From: Leucoraja ocellata
Taxonomy: Eukaryota
Reading direction: 5' to 3'
DNA: 64,000 bases
NCBI GenBank assembly: GCA_036785375.1
Contig: JAWMAR010000008.1
Coordinates: 806,001 to 870,000, forward strand
Part shown: positions 50,531-63,965 of the stretch, one piece after another
Layout: each line of letters begins with the position of its first letter
Numbering within the stretch: the stretch's first letter is position 1
Made by a program: the position numbers and the translations under genes
The notes under the pieces: model-generated
Database searches by the model: none
What the model saw: the letters and a program-made list of their open reading frames with translations, nothing else
What the model was told of the DNA's origin: nothing

Positions 50531-52597
50531 TCCTATACTGAGCATGTTGTAAGTGGTTTAATGAAAATAGTGTGGAGGAAATAGCTGGTGGGCATAACAG
50601 AGAAAAAAGGAAATTGGAAGAAAATATAAGGTTGGAGCTTGGTCTACTGCATTTGTGTAAAAGGGAACAGTTACAGGCAACAGACAAGGAGGGAAAGGGC
50701 AGGCGAGTGTAAAGGATATTACAGCGAGTTTTGCTCACAAATTGGATCATGGAATATTTCTGAAGTGTTGAATTTAATGTAGACGAATGGGGCTTTCTAT
50801 GCAAATCTACCCTTGCAGTTATAACAGCTGTTTCGCCTTCATTCATCAAAGCCCCAAGTAAAATATTTAGCTTGGCAACAAACTACCAACCCACGTTGAT
50901 GTTACCCGTGTTGCCGGGTAACATTATTCGATATGGACACCAAAACATTAAGTAAAGAAGAAGGACAGGAGAACGAGCAAGATGCAGAGGAAGTCGGAGA
51001 TGGAGGAAAAGGAGGAGGGTATGAAGACATGAGAACGGCAAGAGGGATGAGGTGGGTGGGAGAGGATGGAAAGATGAACAGAGGGAAAGGTCAGAGTGAG
51101 GGATGAGGGCAGGGAAAGAAAGGGGGACGGAAGAGAAAATAACCTTGCATGAACCAGCATAGGCAAAAGTCTCCTGTCAGACTGTACCGGCAAGCAACTT
51201 AACTTATTTTCACCCCTTGTGGGGAGGAAGCATAGAGATTCAGAAGGCAGGTGAGGAAAAGAGATAGAGGACATCAGGAGAATCACATAAAGGCAGACAC
51301 CACGATGTAACTAGAGAGGAATTAAAGAAAGAAGCTCTATGTTAAACCCCAACTCCTGTTTGTTGTTTATCTGGTTTTTTAAAAAATTGTTTCCCAATTT
51401 TGGTCACTACATCAACCAAGACAGGGCAGTTCAGTTATGAGGAAGGATTACTAGGCCAGAATTATTTTCTTTGGGATTGAAGAGGTGAAGGAGAGATTTC
51501 ATAAACCTCAGATTTGTTGAATAGTGAGGATTCATTTCCTCCAGTAAGCAGTGTTAAGTATATTATGGAAGAAATCCTTAGCACATTTTAAAAGTATTTA
51601 AATGAGCAGTGTGTGTGTCGTAACCGACAAGACTACTCACAGTGCTGGAAATTGGTGTTAATGTTATACAAACTCTCTCAGGCTGTGCAGATATAATGGA
51701 CCAATTTGGTCTTCTTCTGCATCGGAATTTCGAGAATTCAGCACAAGAAGCTTGTTAAACAATCAATCCGTGTGTTTAATAGGGGCCTAGCAAATTGAAG
51801 GACAGAGAAGATATTTTTACTTCAGGAAATTATAAATTACTGGTACAATTGCAGTTTGAGGGCATGGGGCATGCCAGACCAACACATCCCAAGTGTAAAG
51901 GAATGAGATACGAGAGAAGCTTAAGTAAACCTCAACCCCGAGAGCCTGTAATGAACATTAGTTAAACTGACATCTCACTGAGGTGCATTAAAAAGTGCTT
52001 GAGGTAAATTCAGACCTAGTTTTCAAACTAATGAGAGAAATATAAGAGCACAAAATACAGATCAATATCAGTAAGGGTCAATTTCGATCCTTAGATCAGG
52101 GCTTCCTGAACAATATTCCATTACGATTTCACTTTAATAGTTAAAATTTCACTCCAGAAATTAATGAACTGATATAAACCATCAATAAAATAGCATTATA
52201 ACTGGTGCAACATAAATATCAATCTGATGATGATCAGATAGTGTAATAAATAATGGCCAGACTACAAAAATGAAATTCTAAATGCTCTTTGGATAGAATT
52301 ACACCCATCAGAAGGAGGACCTCTGACGGTGCAGCACCTCTTCAGTATTCCACTACAGTTTGATTTATTCTTGTTTTGCTCAAATCTCTGCAGTGCGAAT
52401 TGATAAACAGCAGTACGGGTCCAGTCACTGCGGGAATACTCAATAACATTAGATTAGCTTACTCCATGACTTGGAGGCATAAATGTTCTTGTCTGCCACA
52501 TATTACAACTTGCACATACCCGAAGCCTGCATGTAAGTGGCTCCTAATCATTTGGCAGAAGTTGGAGGCATCCCAGGGATCCTTTCTTATTGACTGG

Positions 52598-52809
52598 TGG
52601 ACAAAAATGCTGGAGAAACTCGGCGGGTGAGGCAGCATCTATGGAGCGAAGGAAATAGGCAACGTTTCGGGTCGAGACCTTTCTTCAAGAAGGGTCTCGA
52701 CCCAAAACGTTGCCAATTTCCTTCGCTCCATAGATGCTGCCTCACCCGCCGAGTTTCTCCAGCATTTTTGTCTGCCTTCGATTTTCCAGCATCTGCAGTT
52801 CCTTCTTAA
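52598..52809. repeat. Penelope-derived near-perfect palindrome
   Basis: About 88-bp inverted arms centred near 52686 (tttcttc|aagaaggg). Confidence 0.8.
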
Positions 52810-53529
52810 AAATATTCTTATTGGCTTGTCTGCTTGACTCTCTGAGGGACCTTTACTGCTGAGCACACAGGCGCATAGATCTTTACCTCCTACTCACTTT
52901 CTTTCGCATACAACTTGGACCTTCTCCCTAAACCAGCAGATCAGATAGGTCCACCTTCATCCCTTACCCCCAATTCTCCCTCATCCATCCCTCTCTCCCT
53001 CTTCATTCGCTCCAATTTCCCCACTCTCTGCTCCATAATTTTTCAATCTCTCCACCACATGCTTTTGCCACTAGATGCTTTGCATTACAGCAGGATTTAG
53101 AGGTAAGTAATGTCACTCGCGGATGCTGGATGCCAGCAGGATGGACATATGCCTTTATTCCCGCCCCATGAGATCACTGTGGGCTTTTGAGGCAGTGAGA
53201 GTGCAGCTGGGTGATCAGATTGGCGGAGTTGTGGGCATGGGGGTGGTGGTCCTGTCATTTTACAGCATAGTTGCGGTGTCCAAGGCTAATGTTGTTTTAC
53301 ATGAACCCAGCAATGGGCATCGCAACGTTGTTGGCATTGTGAAGTATAATTTGGAAGTCCTGCTTTAGAAAACCAAAATTACCTACTAGACAATAAAGTG
53401 GAAGTGAAATACTCAGCATCTTCTAAGTATAGTTGGTGCCTCAGTGAACAACTGAGGTACCAAAGTGGTTTAGGTACCAAAGTGACTTTGAATATTGCAG
53501 CAATCAGTGCTGACTGGCTAAATAGCTTT

Positions 53530-53785
53530 ATTTCGGTTCCACCAAGATGCAGGACAGAACGCCACAGGAGATCCTTCTTCCGAGTGGCTATTAAACTTCA
53601 CAACTCCTCCCCCTTCTGTCGTGGGCTAGACTGAGACTGACTCCCCTCCCCCCCCCCTCCCTCCCCAATCTTTGTACATCCCCCAAGCCTTTCCACTCGT
53701 CACTTTAATTTCATGTTTCATGTATTTTGTGTTTTTATGACTGTTGACAGATCAATTTCCCTCCTGGGATAAATAAAGTTCTATC
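53530..53785 (+). mobile_element. LINE 3' end (Rex1/L2-like)
   Basis: PRCRTERHRRSFFRVAIKLHNS, then UTR ending caatttccctcctgggataaataaagttcta. Confidence 0.65.
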
Positions 53786-54199
53786 GTTACATATTGTTCA
53801 TTTTCTTCTATATTCCAATACCCTTTGGGTTCTTCAGTGTGCCGTTCATTGAATTAGAAAAAAAAATTGCATTATTTCTACACACTATTTCTTTTCTGTT
53901 AACAATCCTCTTGAGTGGTTAAAAAGTTCACTCGACCCAGTTTTTCCAACTGAGTGCAATTACTTGGGATTGATGATCATTGTCAATGATTTGAGGACAG
54001 AAATTACGGTGGAAATTTAGGGCAGTATTTTGCGAGCACAGAACCATGGCGATACTGCCATGCAGTTGTCACTAAACTGAGGACATGCTTGATTATCAAG
54101 GAGAAAATAGAATTCCCAGATGCTTGAGCCATTCCAATGCTGTCGCCATCAATGAAAAAGAGATTAACTGATCACTACCTATTTTTCTATGTACTGCTT

Positions 54200-54464
54200 C
54201 CTCAGAACGCTAGATATCCAGCTTCGATCCTGACCTCGAGTGCTGTCTGTGTGGAGATTGTACATTCTCCCATTCCTCCGGGCTCTCCAGTTTCCTTCCA
54301 CATCCCAAAGATGTGCGGGTTTGTTGGTTATGCGCCTCTATAATTTGCCCCTAATGTGTCGGGAGTAGGTGAGAAAGTGGGACAACGTCGAATGGCTAAT
54401 TGATGATCAGCGTGGACCGAGTCGGATGCAGGGCCCGTTTCCAAGCTCCATCTCTAAACTAAAC
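54200..54464 (+). mobile_element. HE1-like SINE (diverged)
   Basis: ttcgatcctgacctcgagtgctgtctgtgtggag ... atctctaaactaaac. Confidence 0.7.
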
Positions 54465-54559
54465 GCAGTTGCCTACAGTTGTAATCACATAGCATAAATA
54501 ATCACAAAATGTTTTGGGGTAAATGTAATATAAATACAGGCTCAATCTTACTGTCAATG

Positions 54560-54623
54560 TAGAATGACTTAATGAATTAGACTCATCAGCATAGAATGAC
54601 TTAATTAATTAGACTCAACAGCA
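54560..54623. repeat. 32-bp tandem duplication
   Basis: tagaatgacttaat(g/t)aattagactca(t/a)cagca x2. Confidence 0.9.
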
Positions 54624-55169
54624 CTGAATGAGTCTCCACCTCACAAAGTCACATGTATGAAGATTAACAATGAACAATTGCCCATATCATTCATTGGCAG
54701 CAAGCACAATACCGACAATGGTACAATGCTCTTCAATCAGTTTACACATCCATCCATGCCACGCCAAATGATGCAAGTCACCAAATCTGCCTTTGAGGTG
54801 ACTCTCACCCCCAGTTATGATGAGAAGGGCAGATTTCTCATTCATGCTATGATAAACTGAAGCCAAATTATGTGCTGGTGCTAGTGGCCATGACGTGGCT
54901 TTGGAATCAAGGTGTTGCTGACCACAGGTAGATCTGAATCAGAGCGAGCCTTCACTTTCACAGTTTTGTAATGGGATTTGCGGATCAGAAAGAGCTTGGG
55001 GCACAACTCATAATGCTTTTCTGTCACAGGTTAAGGCCCAGCTGCTTTCGGATCCACATCAGCAACAAATTCAGGTTGAGTACAACACACAAAGAATGCT
55101 ACTATCTTAGTGTGGGAGCTCCGATTCCGGCCCTTACTCAAAAAATGCTGCAGAAAGCGGACTACTCAC

Positions 55170-55278
55170 TGATTTCAAGTTGGCGTTGGATTCGTCCTTT
55201 GCAACGCTCCCTGTAGTCGGTCTGTGTGCCATTGTACTCAGACATCACTTCCACAAATTTACGAGACAGTGTAGAATG
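55170..55278 (-). CDS. STX1A: Syntaxin-1A-like coding exon (exon 6 equivalent, Hc helix): [36 protein letters not shown](T)
   Basis: Manual translation. Acceptor ttttgtttgcag, donor A|gtgagt. 109 bp, ends in phase 1 and joins the next exon as A+CT = Thr. Peptide is near-identical to syntaxin-1 residues ~120-156, including the Cys145 equivalent. Confidence 0.95.
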
Positions 55279-56848
55279 CTGCAAACAAAAAGAAACAAGG
55301 TTGGAAGAAGAGTTTTGGATTGAAAACTAATTATGGCTGCTGCAGCAAGTGCTATCTACTGCCCACCAGTCAAGGGGTGCACTACGACTGATTCTACAAC
55401 TGACTTTTACAACCTTTACAACCCCATAGAAATCTTAATTTACCACATTGCTTGTGCAATTTCCAATTTTAGAATCAACAATATATAGCATTTCTCATCT
55501 TAAAAAGAATGGGCTGCTCAATTTCATTAAAAAAAATTATATTCGTAAATTAGGAATAAATTATTTTAATTCACATTTTTTATTTTCTTGAGGAGAACAT
55601 GGAGGAGTTCTTAAACTGGACATTACCTTGTCTTTTTAAATGTTGTTATCGTACCTCTTTCTGCAACTTACCTGGGTAGCATGTTCCTAAAACCCACTTG
55701 TAAAAAAGGTACCACCCAGGCTTTCTGTAAGCACGTTCATTCTCACCATAACTTATGCCCTCTTGTCTTAGGCGCCCTTTAAGATAGGATGAGATCATCC
55801 ACCTTATCTGTGCCCCTTGTGGTTTTCTGCACCTCCATAAATTCATCCCTCAGCCTCCTTGACTCCAGGAAAATAAACCCAGTCTCATCAAATGAAACAT
55901 TATTTGTCTTGTGCAGTACCAGTAGACCTATGGCTACTATTCGTAAATTAGCAATAAATTATAATGGCTAATATGTCACGATTAATGAGTGTGAGTGATT
56001 GATGGTCAGCACGGACTCAGCGGGTCGAAGGGACGGTCTCCATGCTCTATCTATGACTCAGTTAGTGGTGGGTGTGTGGAACGTGTTGCCAGGGCTGGTG
56101 GTGGAGGCAGATACGATGGTGGCATTTAAGAGGCTTTTGGAGAAACACGTGTACGTGCATAGAATGGAGGGATATCGATCATGTGCAGGCAGAGCAGATT
56201 AATTTAACTTGACATCATGTTCGGCACGGATATTGTAGGCCAAAGAGCTTATTCCTGAACTATTGTTCTATGTTCTATGCAAGAACTGATGCAATAATCT
56301 TTCATAAATCACCCATTATTCTTCTGGACTCCAAAGAATGTAGATCTAATAGAGATCTAATTGCTTTGGATGCTTATGACAGGACAACCCTCTCGTCCGA
56401 GGAAGTAACCTTGTGAATCTCTTTTTTGATTATCTCAAATTACAGTATACCCTATCTTAAATAAGGGAACCAAACCGTGCAGTTATATATATTAGATTAT
56501 TATATATAGATTTTATGCACTCTTGAAGTGACCCATGCAATTGATAAATAAGTCGACATAAAACATGACTGAAAAGTTGAGATAGGATACCACCAATAAG
56601 TTCAGGTATGGTTGTTATATCAACAACATCCATTGAGCATCTGGGGTCAATATAGGCATTATCAGCACAATTAAGAAGACCGAAGAATTGAAACGGCAAC
56701 AAAATGGTTCATTTAGTAAATTGGTAAATGTTGTTATGCCGATTTCATTCTTTCTTTCTTTTCAAGAGAGTAAAACAGTGTAGTATGTGCAAACAAATGT
56801 GACTTCACTGCATGACACATTCAATCACATGTGCATCATCATACACAT

Positions 56849-56989
56849 CGGAATGGTACCATTCGGCGCCGCCGTTTAGGCACCGCCGTTTCGCCTTTTC
56901 GAGTGTTAGGGTTAGGGTTTCGGGATGCTAGGGTTAGGGTTCTGATGAGTACAGATATTATAAACAGAGGCGCCGAAAAGTACCCGACC
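56849..56989. mobile_element. 141-bp MITE with imperfect TIRs, 9-bp TSD and internal TTAGGG repeats
   Basis: TSD CATACACAT at 56840-56848 and 56990-56998. Termini share GGTACnnTTCGGCGCC in inverted orientation. Confidence 0.75.
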
Positions 56990-57941
56990 CATACACATGA
57001 TGAAAGACTGAGAAGAACCTTGAATAAGCAATGCATATCTAATGGAGCTCTCCATGTGGCCTCCATATCACTGACTGTTCCTTGGGTTTCTTTGGAGTAG
57101 AAAAGGTACTCACAGAAGCCTATTCATTACAGTGCACTCAAGGAAGCATATAGAATGTAAAGCATTCCATAAAAAACATGAGGAGGGGAACAGTACGATG
57201 CAACCACAGAGGCTTGTGGCCTTGTGGAGAAATTTGTGGTACTGGAACATAATGGGGTAACAGTTGTGCTACTGCCTTATTGCCCCAGTCTCCGGCTTTC
57301 AATTGTGGCCTCAGGTGTTGTTCATGCTATGTTTGCAGGTTCTATCCATGACTGTGGGTTTCTTCTGAGCATTCATTCAGTTTCCTTCCACACTCCAAAT
57401 AAATGCTGGTAGATTGATTGGTGACAGTGAATTACACTATAGGGGTGGGTGTAAGGAAGGGGTTTGATGAGCATGTGTGAGACGATGGTGGTAGGGAAAT
57501 AAAGACTGGGGAAATGGGACAACTGAAATCACTCCTCTGGAAGCCAGCGTGTACCCAATGGGCATGAATGTCTCCTTATGTGTCATAGCACATGTAAGAA
57601 AGAATAGAACGATCAAAAGTACTGGAAGCCAAGTGTGAATAGACCATAAATAAGCACAGCAGAAGTAATCGATGAACTAACGTGCGGCAGAAAGAGATCC
57701 TGCTGATCAGAGCTTGTGTAGGTCCACAAGCGGGAATGAATAGTGTACCAAGAAGGAACAGCAGAACAACAGGAATCTGGCTTTGAAGAGACATGATTTT
57801 GACCTCCACTGGAATAAAAATATGAGACAATTAGGAAGTAAAATGGTGGGTTAGGACCTCACCAGAAGCAAAAGGATTGAGGACTGTGTGAAGGAGCCCA
57901 GTATTGAATTTACATATTATATAAGAGCACTATACACATAT

Positions 57942-58266
57942 GGCACATTGGCATAGCGGGTAGAGCTGCTGCCTCGCAGTGCCAGAGACCCGGGTTCGTT
58001 CCTGACCTCGGGTGCTGTCTGCGTGGAGTTTGCATGTTCTCCCTGTGGCCGTGTGGAGTTTCAATCAGGTGGTTCAATCCACCACATCTCAAAGACGTGT
58101 AGGGTTAGTAGGTTAATTGGCCTCTGTAAATTGCCTCTAATGTGTAGGGAGTGGATTAGAAAGTGATGTAACATAGAACCAGCGTGAACGGGTGATCGAC
58201 GGTTAACATGGACTCGGTGGGCCGAAGGGCTTGTTTCCATGCTGTATCTCTAAACTACACTAAACT
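57942..58266 (+). mobile_element. Full-length HE1-like SINE
   Basis: A and B boxes (gggttcgttcctgacc), central domain, tail ggccgaagggcttgtttccatgctgtatctctaaac. Confidence 0.85.
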
Positions 58267-61200
58267 ACTCAGGAGAACCAATGTTCTTTCCAAGTTTACT
58301 TTCATTCTCTGACCAGGAACAATATTTGGTGTCACCCTGCTTCACATTGGTTTGACCCTACGCACATCAGGATGCCTTAATTTCATTTGAAAGGAAGAAA
58401 TTCAGATGAGTATATAAGGAATCAGAATGAATTAATTTAACAATTAAATTGTATAACTAAATAGGACTCCTTTGGTCACCTGGATAGGGACCACTAGGGA
58501 CCTGGATAGTTCACTATTTTGATAGGGATGCATTAGTACAGTTTTGATGGGGGTCAACATCGGGTCAATGTTATAATTCTTATCAAGCTAATTAAAATAG
58601 GACGATTAAATATTACTTGCAGACCCACAACATTCTGGTAAATGTATCTATAGGAGAATTGATTGAGTCTCAACAAAACTGGTCTTACCTGACCTACATC
58701 TCCACTGGCCCACTTAAAATAAAACTACCTGGAGCAGCTGTAGAATTCTGAATGCATACCACCCAAAACCATGCCCTTTATTTTTCCGCAGCCTCCTGAT
58801 TGTTGAAATTCCTCTTTATTAGCAGACGGGCTTAATGAAGTTCAATTAAGCCTGATGAAGGATCTCGACCCGAAACATCACCTATTTCTTTTCTCGAGAG
58901 ATGCTGCCTGACCTCTCTGAGTTACACCAACATATTGTGTCTGACAATTATGTTAAACTCCTCAGTGAAAGTCAGATTAAGAGGAAAGACGGGGCCTGTA
59001 CTCACAGTCCATTCAAATCGGACAAAATCACATTGAAATGTTACATTTCATATGGTGAGTGATACTAATGCTGTGGTGAGGATGCTTCCCTGTTTGGTCT
59101 CTTGTGGTCAATCCCAGCGAGAGAGGGAGTGGAGGTGAGGGTGGGTGTCGGACACTTATGACGCATAAAAAATAATTGATTCCAGAGGATTGGGAATCTG
59201 GGGAATTCTGTACATCATTAGTTTGCACTCCTCAAGATTATAAATCTGTCCATCTTCAAAGGACTTTGGTATAGGTTACAAAGGATGAAATTCATGGGGT
59301 TTTGGAGTCGGACGCAATTAAATGTTAAGGATATCATGCAGGAAAGAGGCTAAAAACGAGATCAACCATGGTGTCACCAAACAATGGATGTGGGCGAACG
59401 GACTACTCCTGCTTTTATTTCTTATACTCCTGTATTTTAGAAACTCCAGCCTCGGTTATCAAAGGTTTAAGCTATGGGGTGAAATGGCCTCAACTAGTAT
59501 ACTACCCCAATGCTTTACAAAGAGGTAATCATCGTTCTAAACACGCATCTACTTATTTCCTCCAAATATTTTGCGCTCGATACCTGAACTGATCTTTTAG
59601 ATAAATTATCTTCAATGGTAAATCTCATTATTCAGGATCCTAATGCAAGCTAAGTTTCCCCACTTTTAATGGTTCGTGTGCAACAGATACTTTGGCAGGA
59701 TGGACACCAATATCAGTTAGTGGAAAGTTATTTTGGTGTCAAAGGCCTCCTTGTCATTGTTCTTTCACCTCCCAATTCTACACAAATACCTCAAATGTGG
59801 AACAGAAAATAACTAGCCAAGCTTTCAAACTCTGTGCTTAATTGCAGCCATTTGGAAAATTAGTATTTGGAAATGTACACAGCAGAGGTTTTAATTGCAC
59901 TAATTGTTCTTTAATAACCTTGTGATTGAGGCTCTCCCTTGGGTAAATCTCACTGAGGAGACAGTGTATTGTGGAACAGATTATTAACAAGACATTACCT
60001 GTGCTTTTGGCTCACAGCATTTATTGATGATGGATGTGCATGATTATGCTTCAATGGAGAATTCATTCCAATATCTGATAATTCAACCTAAAACTGATGA
60101 AAGTGATGTGGTTAAGATAGAAACATGTTATGTGTGTACACCAATGGTTTTTAGTGATAACTGAAGTGGCATTGGCAATCCCAGTGATCATTCCCCAATG
60201 CATTCATTGATAGCTCATTGAAGCAATTAAATTGCTTCATGAAATTCCTTCAGGCCTAGGTGAGGTACTATGCATAGGTCTGTGTAGTATAAGTGACATT
60301 GAGGGAGAAGCTGGAACAAGGGAAGCTCACAAAACCTTCAGAACAACAGGCAGGATGCAGGTGAGACCAACCCAATGGAATAGGGGAGCATTTCAAGTAG
60401 CAACACTGTGCAGGGTTGGCATTTCAAGTAGCACCAGTGCACTCCATTCTTATGCTGCACCAGGTTGGAGATTTGGATATAGTAAGAAGAGGCTACCGAT
60501 ATAAGTAAAGCGTAGAATTTTGCATATGGATGAGAGGATAAGGGGCAGGAGGCTGCCCACTGTCCTGCAAAGGTTAGGACATCCAAATAGAGAGAGACTC
60601 GTGGCTGTGGACCAGTGAATTGGACATTGATAGAGCTGGGTAAATGGAGCACATCAGAAGGAAATGTGTAAGGGTCTGAAACCAAAAGCAGGACCACAAG
60701 AGGAGAGTGTAAAAGTTGAGAAGAAGTTGAAACAAAGAGATCTGCAAGAAATAAGAACCAGGATAAAAACTGTGGAAGGTTCCCGAACCAATGTTTGTGT
60801 GGCCATTAAAACTGGTGTGGATGTAGACGAAACAGTTGCTGAGCCTGAGCTGCAATTGGCAGCTGACGGAGTTTGTAATTATAAAGCTATTTATCTCCAT
60901 CTGCCCATAACTTTAGTATCATCAATGATCACAATGAAACTGTCTCGATAGAATTTAAGAGTGAGTCATCCAAGAAATCATTGAGATGGAATGCCATATA
61001 ATCCAGAACATTACTGATACTATTTCATTATAAATATGAATTCATATGTGTGGCCTGACACTTAAAAAAAAAAACAATTATTAACTGAAAATTAATATGT
61101 CAAGAATATTGCTGTCCAGGGGCAACCATTTTGTCAGATATATTTCCGTCATTCTGGTTCTGGGTGTTGGGGGAGGCAGATTGGAGATGACTGAAAATTG

Positions 61201-61582
61201 TTTTAATTTTTCAAAACACAGTATTGACAAGTTCAAAGTCATAATCTTTAATCCTTGAAGAATGCAAAGTAAAAATACTTGCTTCCATTTCTACTGTGAA
61301 TAAAGTCTACCTTTATCCTTCTGTTTCAACTTTGTATTTTGCAGGAATTAAAATGTACAGCGTTGGAGGGTCTTTGTACAACATGAATGTCGTAGGCGTG
61401 AGAAGTAAAACTGGCCATCTCAGCATCAATAGCAGTATCTTGGTTTGGTGAGAACCAGGCATGGTTATTTCCAAAATGTTGTTGTCTTCACTTTTGGCTT
61501 TTGTCTGCTTCAGAGCAACTATGTAGTCAACGATGGAAAATAGGATCAGCAATGACCCGGCCCACTTTTAAAGGAATAGATT

Positions 61583-61987
61583 CTTTTGCTTGAGCAGTTT
61601 ACAATCCAGTGGTATGAGTATTGATTACTCTAATTTTAAGTGACCCCTGCATCTCCCCGCTCGCGGTCCCTCCCCCACCTTTGTCATCTACACTCTTCAT
61701 ATCGTTATTATCTCATGGACCATTGTGGCCTCCTTGGCTCTGGTTTATTTTGTATCTTTTCATACCTCTAGTTTCCCTCTCCCCTGGCTGTCAGTAGACC
61801 CGAAACGTCACCTATTCCTTTTCTCCAGAGATGCTGCCTGACCCGCTGAGTTACTCCAGCATTTTGTGTCTATCTTTGCTTTAAACCGAAGAATGACACA
61901 AAATACTGGAGTAACTCAGCGGGACAAGCTGCATCCCTGGAGAGAAGGCATTGGTGACGTTTCGGGTCTAGACCCTTCTTCAGACTG
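61583..61987 (+). mobile_element. Penelope-like element 3' end followed by an inverted pseudo-LTR arm
   Basis: SLQSSGMSIDYSNFK* (GIY-YIG C-terminus), pyrimidine-rich UTR, arm 61797-61885, then inverted arm with intact hammerhead-like core at 61956-61983 (-). Confidence 0.72.
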
Positions 61988-62252
61988 AAAGGGAAAATAC
62001 AATACTGAGAATATACTGGTTAGAAACAAATATAGATTATAAAAGTTCACAGAGATATGTAAAAAATAGATTGGGTTTGGTTTATTTTCACTTGTACAGA
62101 GATATAGTGAAAAACATTGCTTGCAGACTATGCATGCTATCCAGGCAAACCACTTCATATGAGTACATCGGGTAGTGCAAAAGAGAAAATAATCAGAGTA
62201 CATTATAGTGTTACAGCTGCACAGAAAATGCAAGTACAGGAGCAGCACAATA

Positions 62253-62455
62253 TCGCAATGGTAGAGTTGTTGCCTTTCTGCTCCAGAGACCCGGTTTTGA
62301 TCCTGACTAGCAGTGCTGTCTGTACAGAGTTTGTACGTTCTCCCTGTGACCATGTGGTTTTCTCCTGGTGCCCCGATTTCCTTCCACATTCCAAAGCAGG
62401 TCTGTAGGTTAATACTGTAAATTGGCCCTAATATGTAGGATGTGAAAGTGGATGG
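62253..62455 (+). mobile_element. HE1-like SINE (3' truncated)
   Basis: gcaatggtagagttgttgcc...gtgctgtctgtacagagtttgtacgttctccctgtgacc. Confidence 0.75.
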
Positions 62456-62469
62456 CATTCTACAAATTA

Positions 62470-63965
62470 TCGAGCAGATCTCACAGACTGGAAGGTAGCA
62501 AATCTATCCCCATCATTTATAAGAGGGAAGAGAAAAGAAGGAATCATAGACCAATTAGCTTAACTTCAATAGTTGAGAAAATATGTTACTTATGGAAATG
62601 GTAATATGGTACTGATTAAATATAAAAGGGTTAACTGAATCAACATGAACTCATGAAAGGGAAATTGCATTTAACAAATCTGCTGGCATTTTCTGCAGTT
62701 GTAATGAGCAAAATACATAAAGGTAAATGAGTGTGTGTGGTGTATATGGACACGGTCTTTCATGAGGTATCACATAAGAAGTGATGAAATAATATTGGAG
62801 TAGACGTGATTGGGACTAATATTGGTTCGAATTCAGGATTGGTTAATCAGAAAGAAGAAAGAATAAATAGGTTATGTTTAGTTTGGGAGACTGTGAGTAG
62901 GTTAGTGCTTCGTGGATTAGTCCTGGGGCTCCAGCTGTTCCTAATCGCTGATTTGGAAGAGATGACCAAGTGTAAAATCTCCGTGTTTGCTGATGCTGCA
63001 AAACTGGATGGCAGTTTGTGTTGTAAAAAGATAGAGCAGAGAGTTTTGAGGAGTGGAGAAGGGTAACTGAATGAATTAGGAGATGGCTGATGGGATACAA
63101 TGTGTGTACAAAAAACAGATCTATGTTATGCATGATGAGAGACAGAAAGATGAGCCACACAGGTGACGTGTCAGGACAAAAGGGTCTGAAGAAGAGTCTC
63201 AACCTGAAATCCCGTGTGTCCATTTCCTCCACAGATGTTACCTGATTTGCTGAGTTCCTCTAGCACTTTGATTTTACACAGATTTGCAGCATCTGCAGTC
63301 CATTGGTTCTCCAGAGACAGTAACATGGTGGGTTCAGAGAAAGGTGGGAGTGCACAAATCATTCAGAGTTAATGTGATGTTACAGCAAGGAATTAGCAAG
63401 GCAAATTATATATTATCCTTTACTGCAGGAGGATTTAGATACAGGACTAAAGATGTCATGCTACAATTATAAAGAGACCTGGTAGGACTGCTTCTGGAAT
63501 ATCGTGTATAAATCTGGTCCCCCTCCCCAAGACAGGATATATTGCAGTAGAAATGATGTAACAAAGGTTCACCCACTTTATTCCAGGGATGGGGTTCTGT
63601 CTAACGCAAAGAGATTGAGCAATCAGGGCTTTCGCTGTCATGAATTTAGGAGAATGGGATGTCATCTCATTGATACATTCTTTCAGGGTTTAATGTGGTA
63701 GATACAGGAATTATATGGGTGGATTACGTTGAACCAGTGGAGTAGTCTCAAATCAAATGAGCAGCCATGAACAGGAAGGATGAGGAGACATTTCTTCACC
63801 TAATAAACATCTATCCAATTTCTATCAGTTGCTCAGTATATTTAAGACAGAGATTGATAACCATATTGATACTAATGGAATCAAAGATCAATGCTGATTT
63901 TATTAAATGAGTAGCAGGCATGAGGGGCTGAGTGGTCTAGTTTGCCTTCCACTACCTCGGTACTT
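62470..63965 (+). mobile_element. Degraded CR1 ORF2 and 3' end with a nested Penelope arm (about 63160-63300)
   Basis: DWKVANL, NHRPISLTSIV, GLVLGLQLF, ISVFADAAKLDG, MLQL...LLEYRV motifs. Confidence 0.75.

Noticed and set aside
54560-54623. 32-bp direct repeats, CRISPR-like length
   Set aside because: Two adjacent copies with no spacer in vertebrate intronic DNA; a simple tandem duplication.
56942-56982. CTGATGAG...CGAAA hammerhead-like words in the MITE
   Set aside because: The intervening sequence cannot form stem II and no stem III or cleavage triplet is evident.
59991-60070. Donor-like CAG|gtaatg resembling the end of exon 5 (RKTQ)
   Set aside because: Upstream sequence does not encode SADLRIRKTQ and has an in-frame stop. 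Exons 1-5 appear to lie outside the window.
226-63701. Remaining 60-180-aa ORFs in the track
   Set aside because: They are translations of SINE/LINE/PLE remnants or chance ORFs, many with non-ATG starts. No intact transposase or RT ORF is present.
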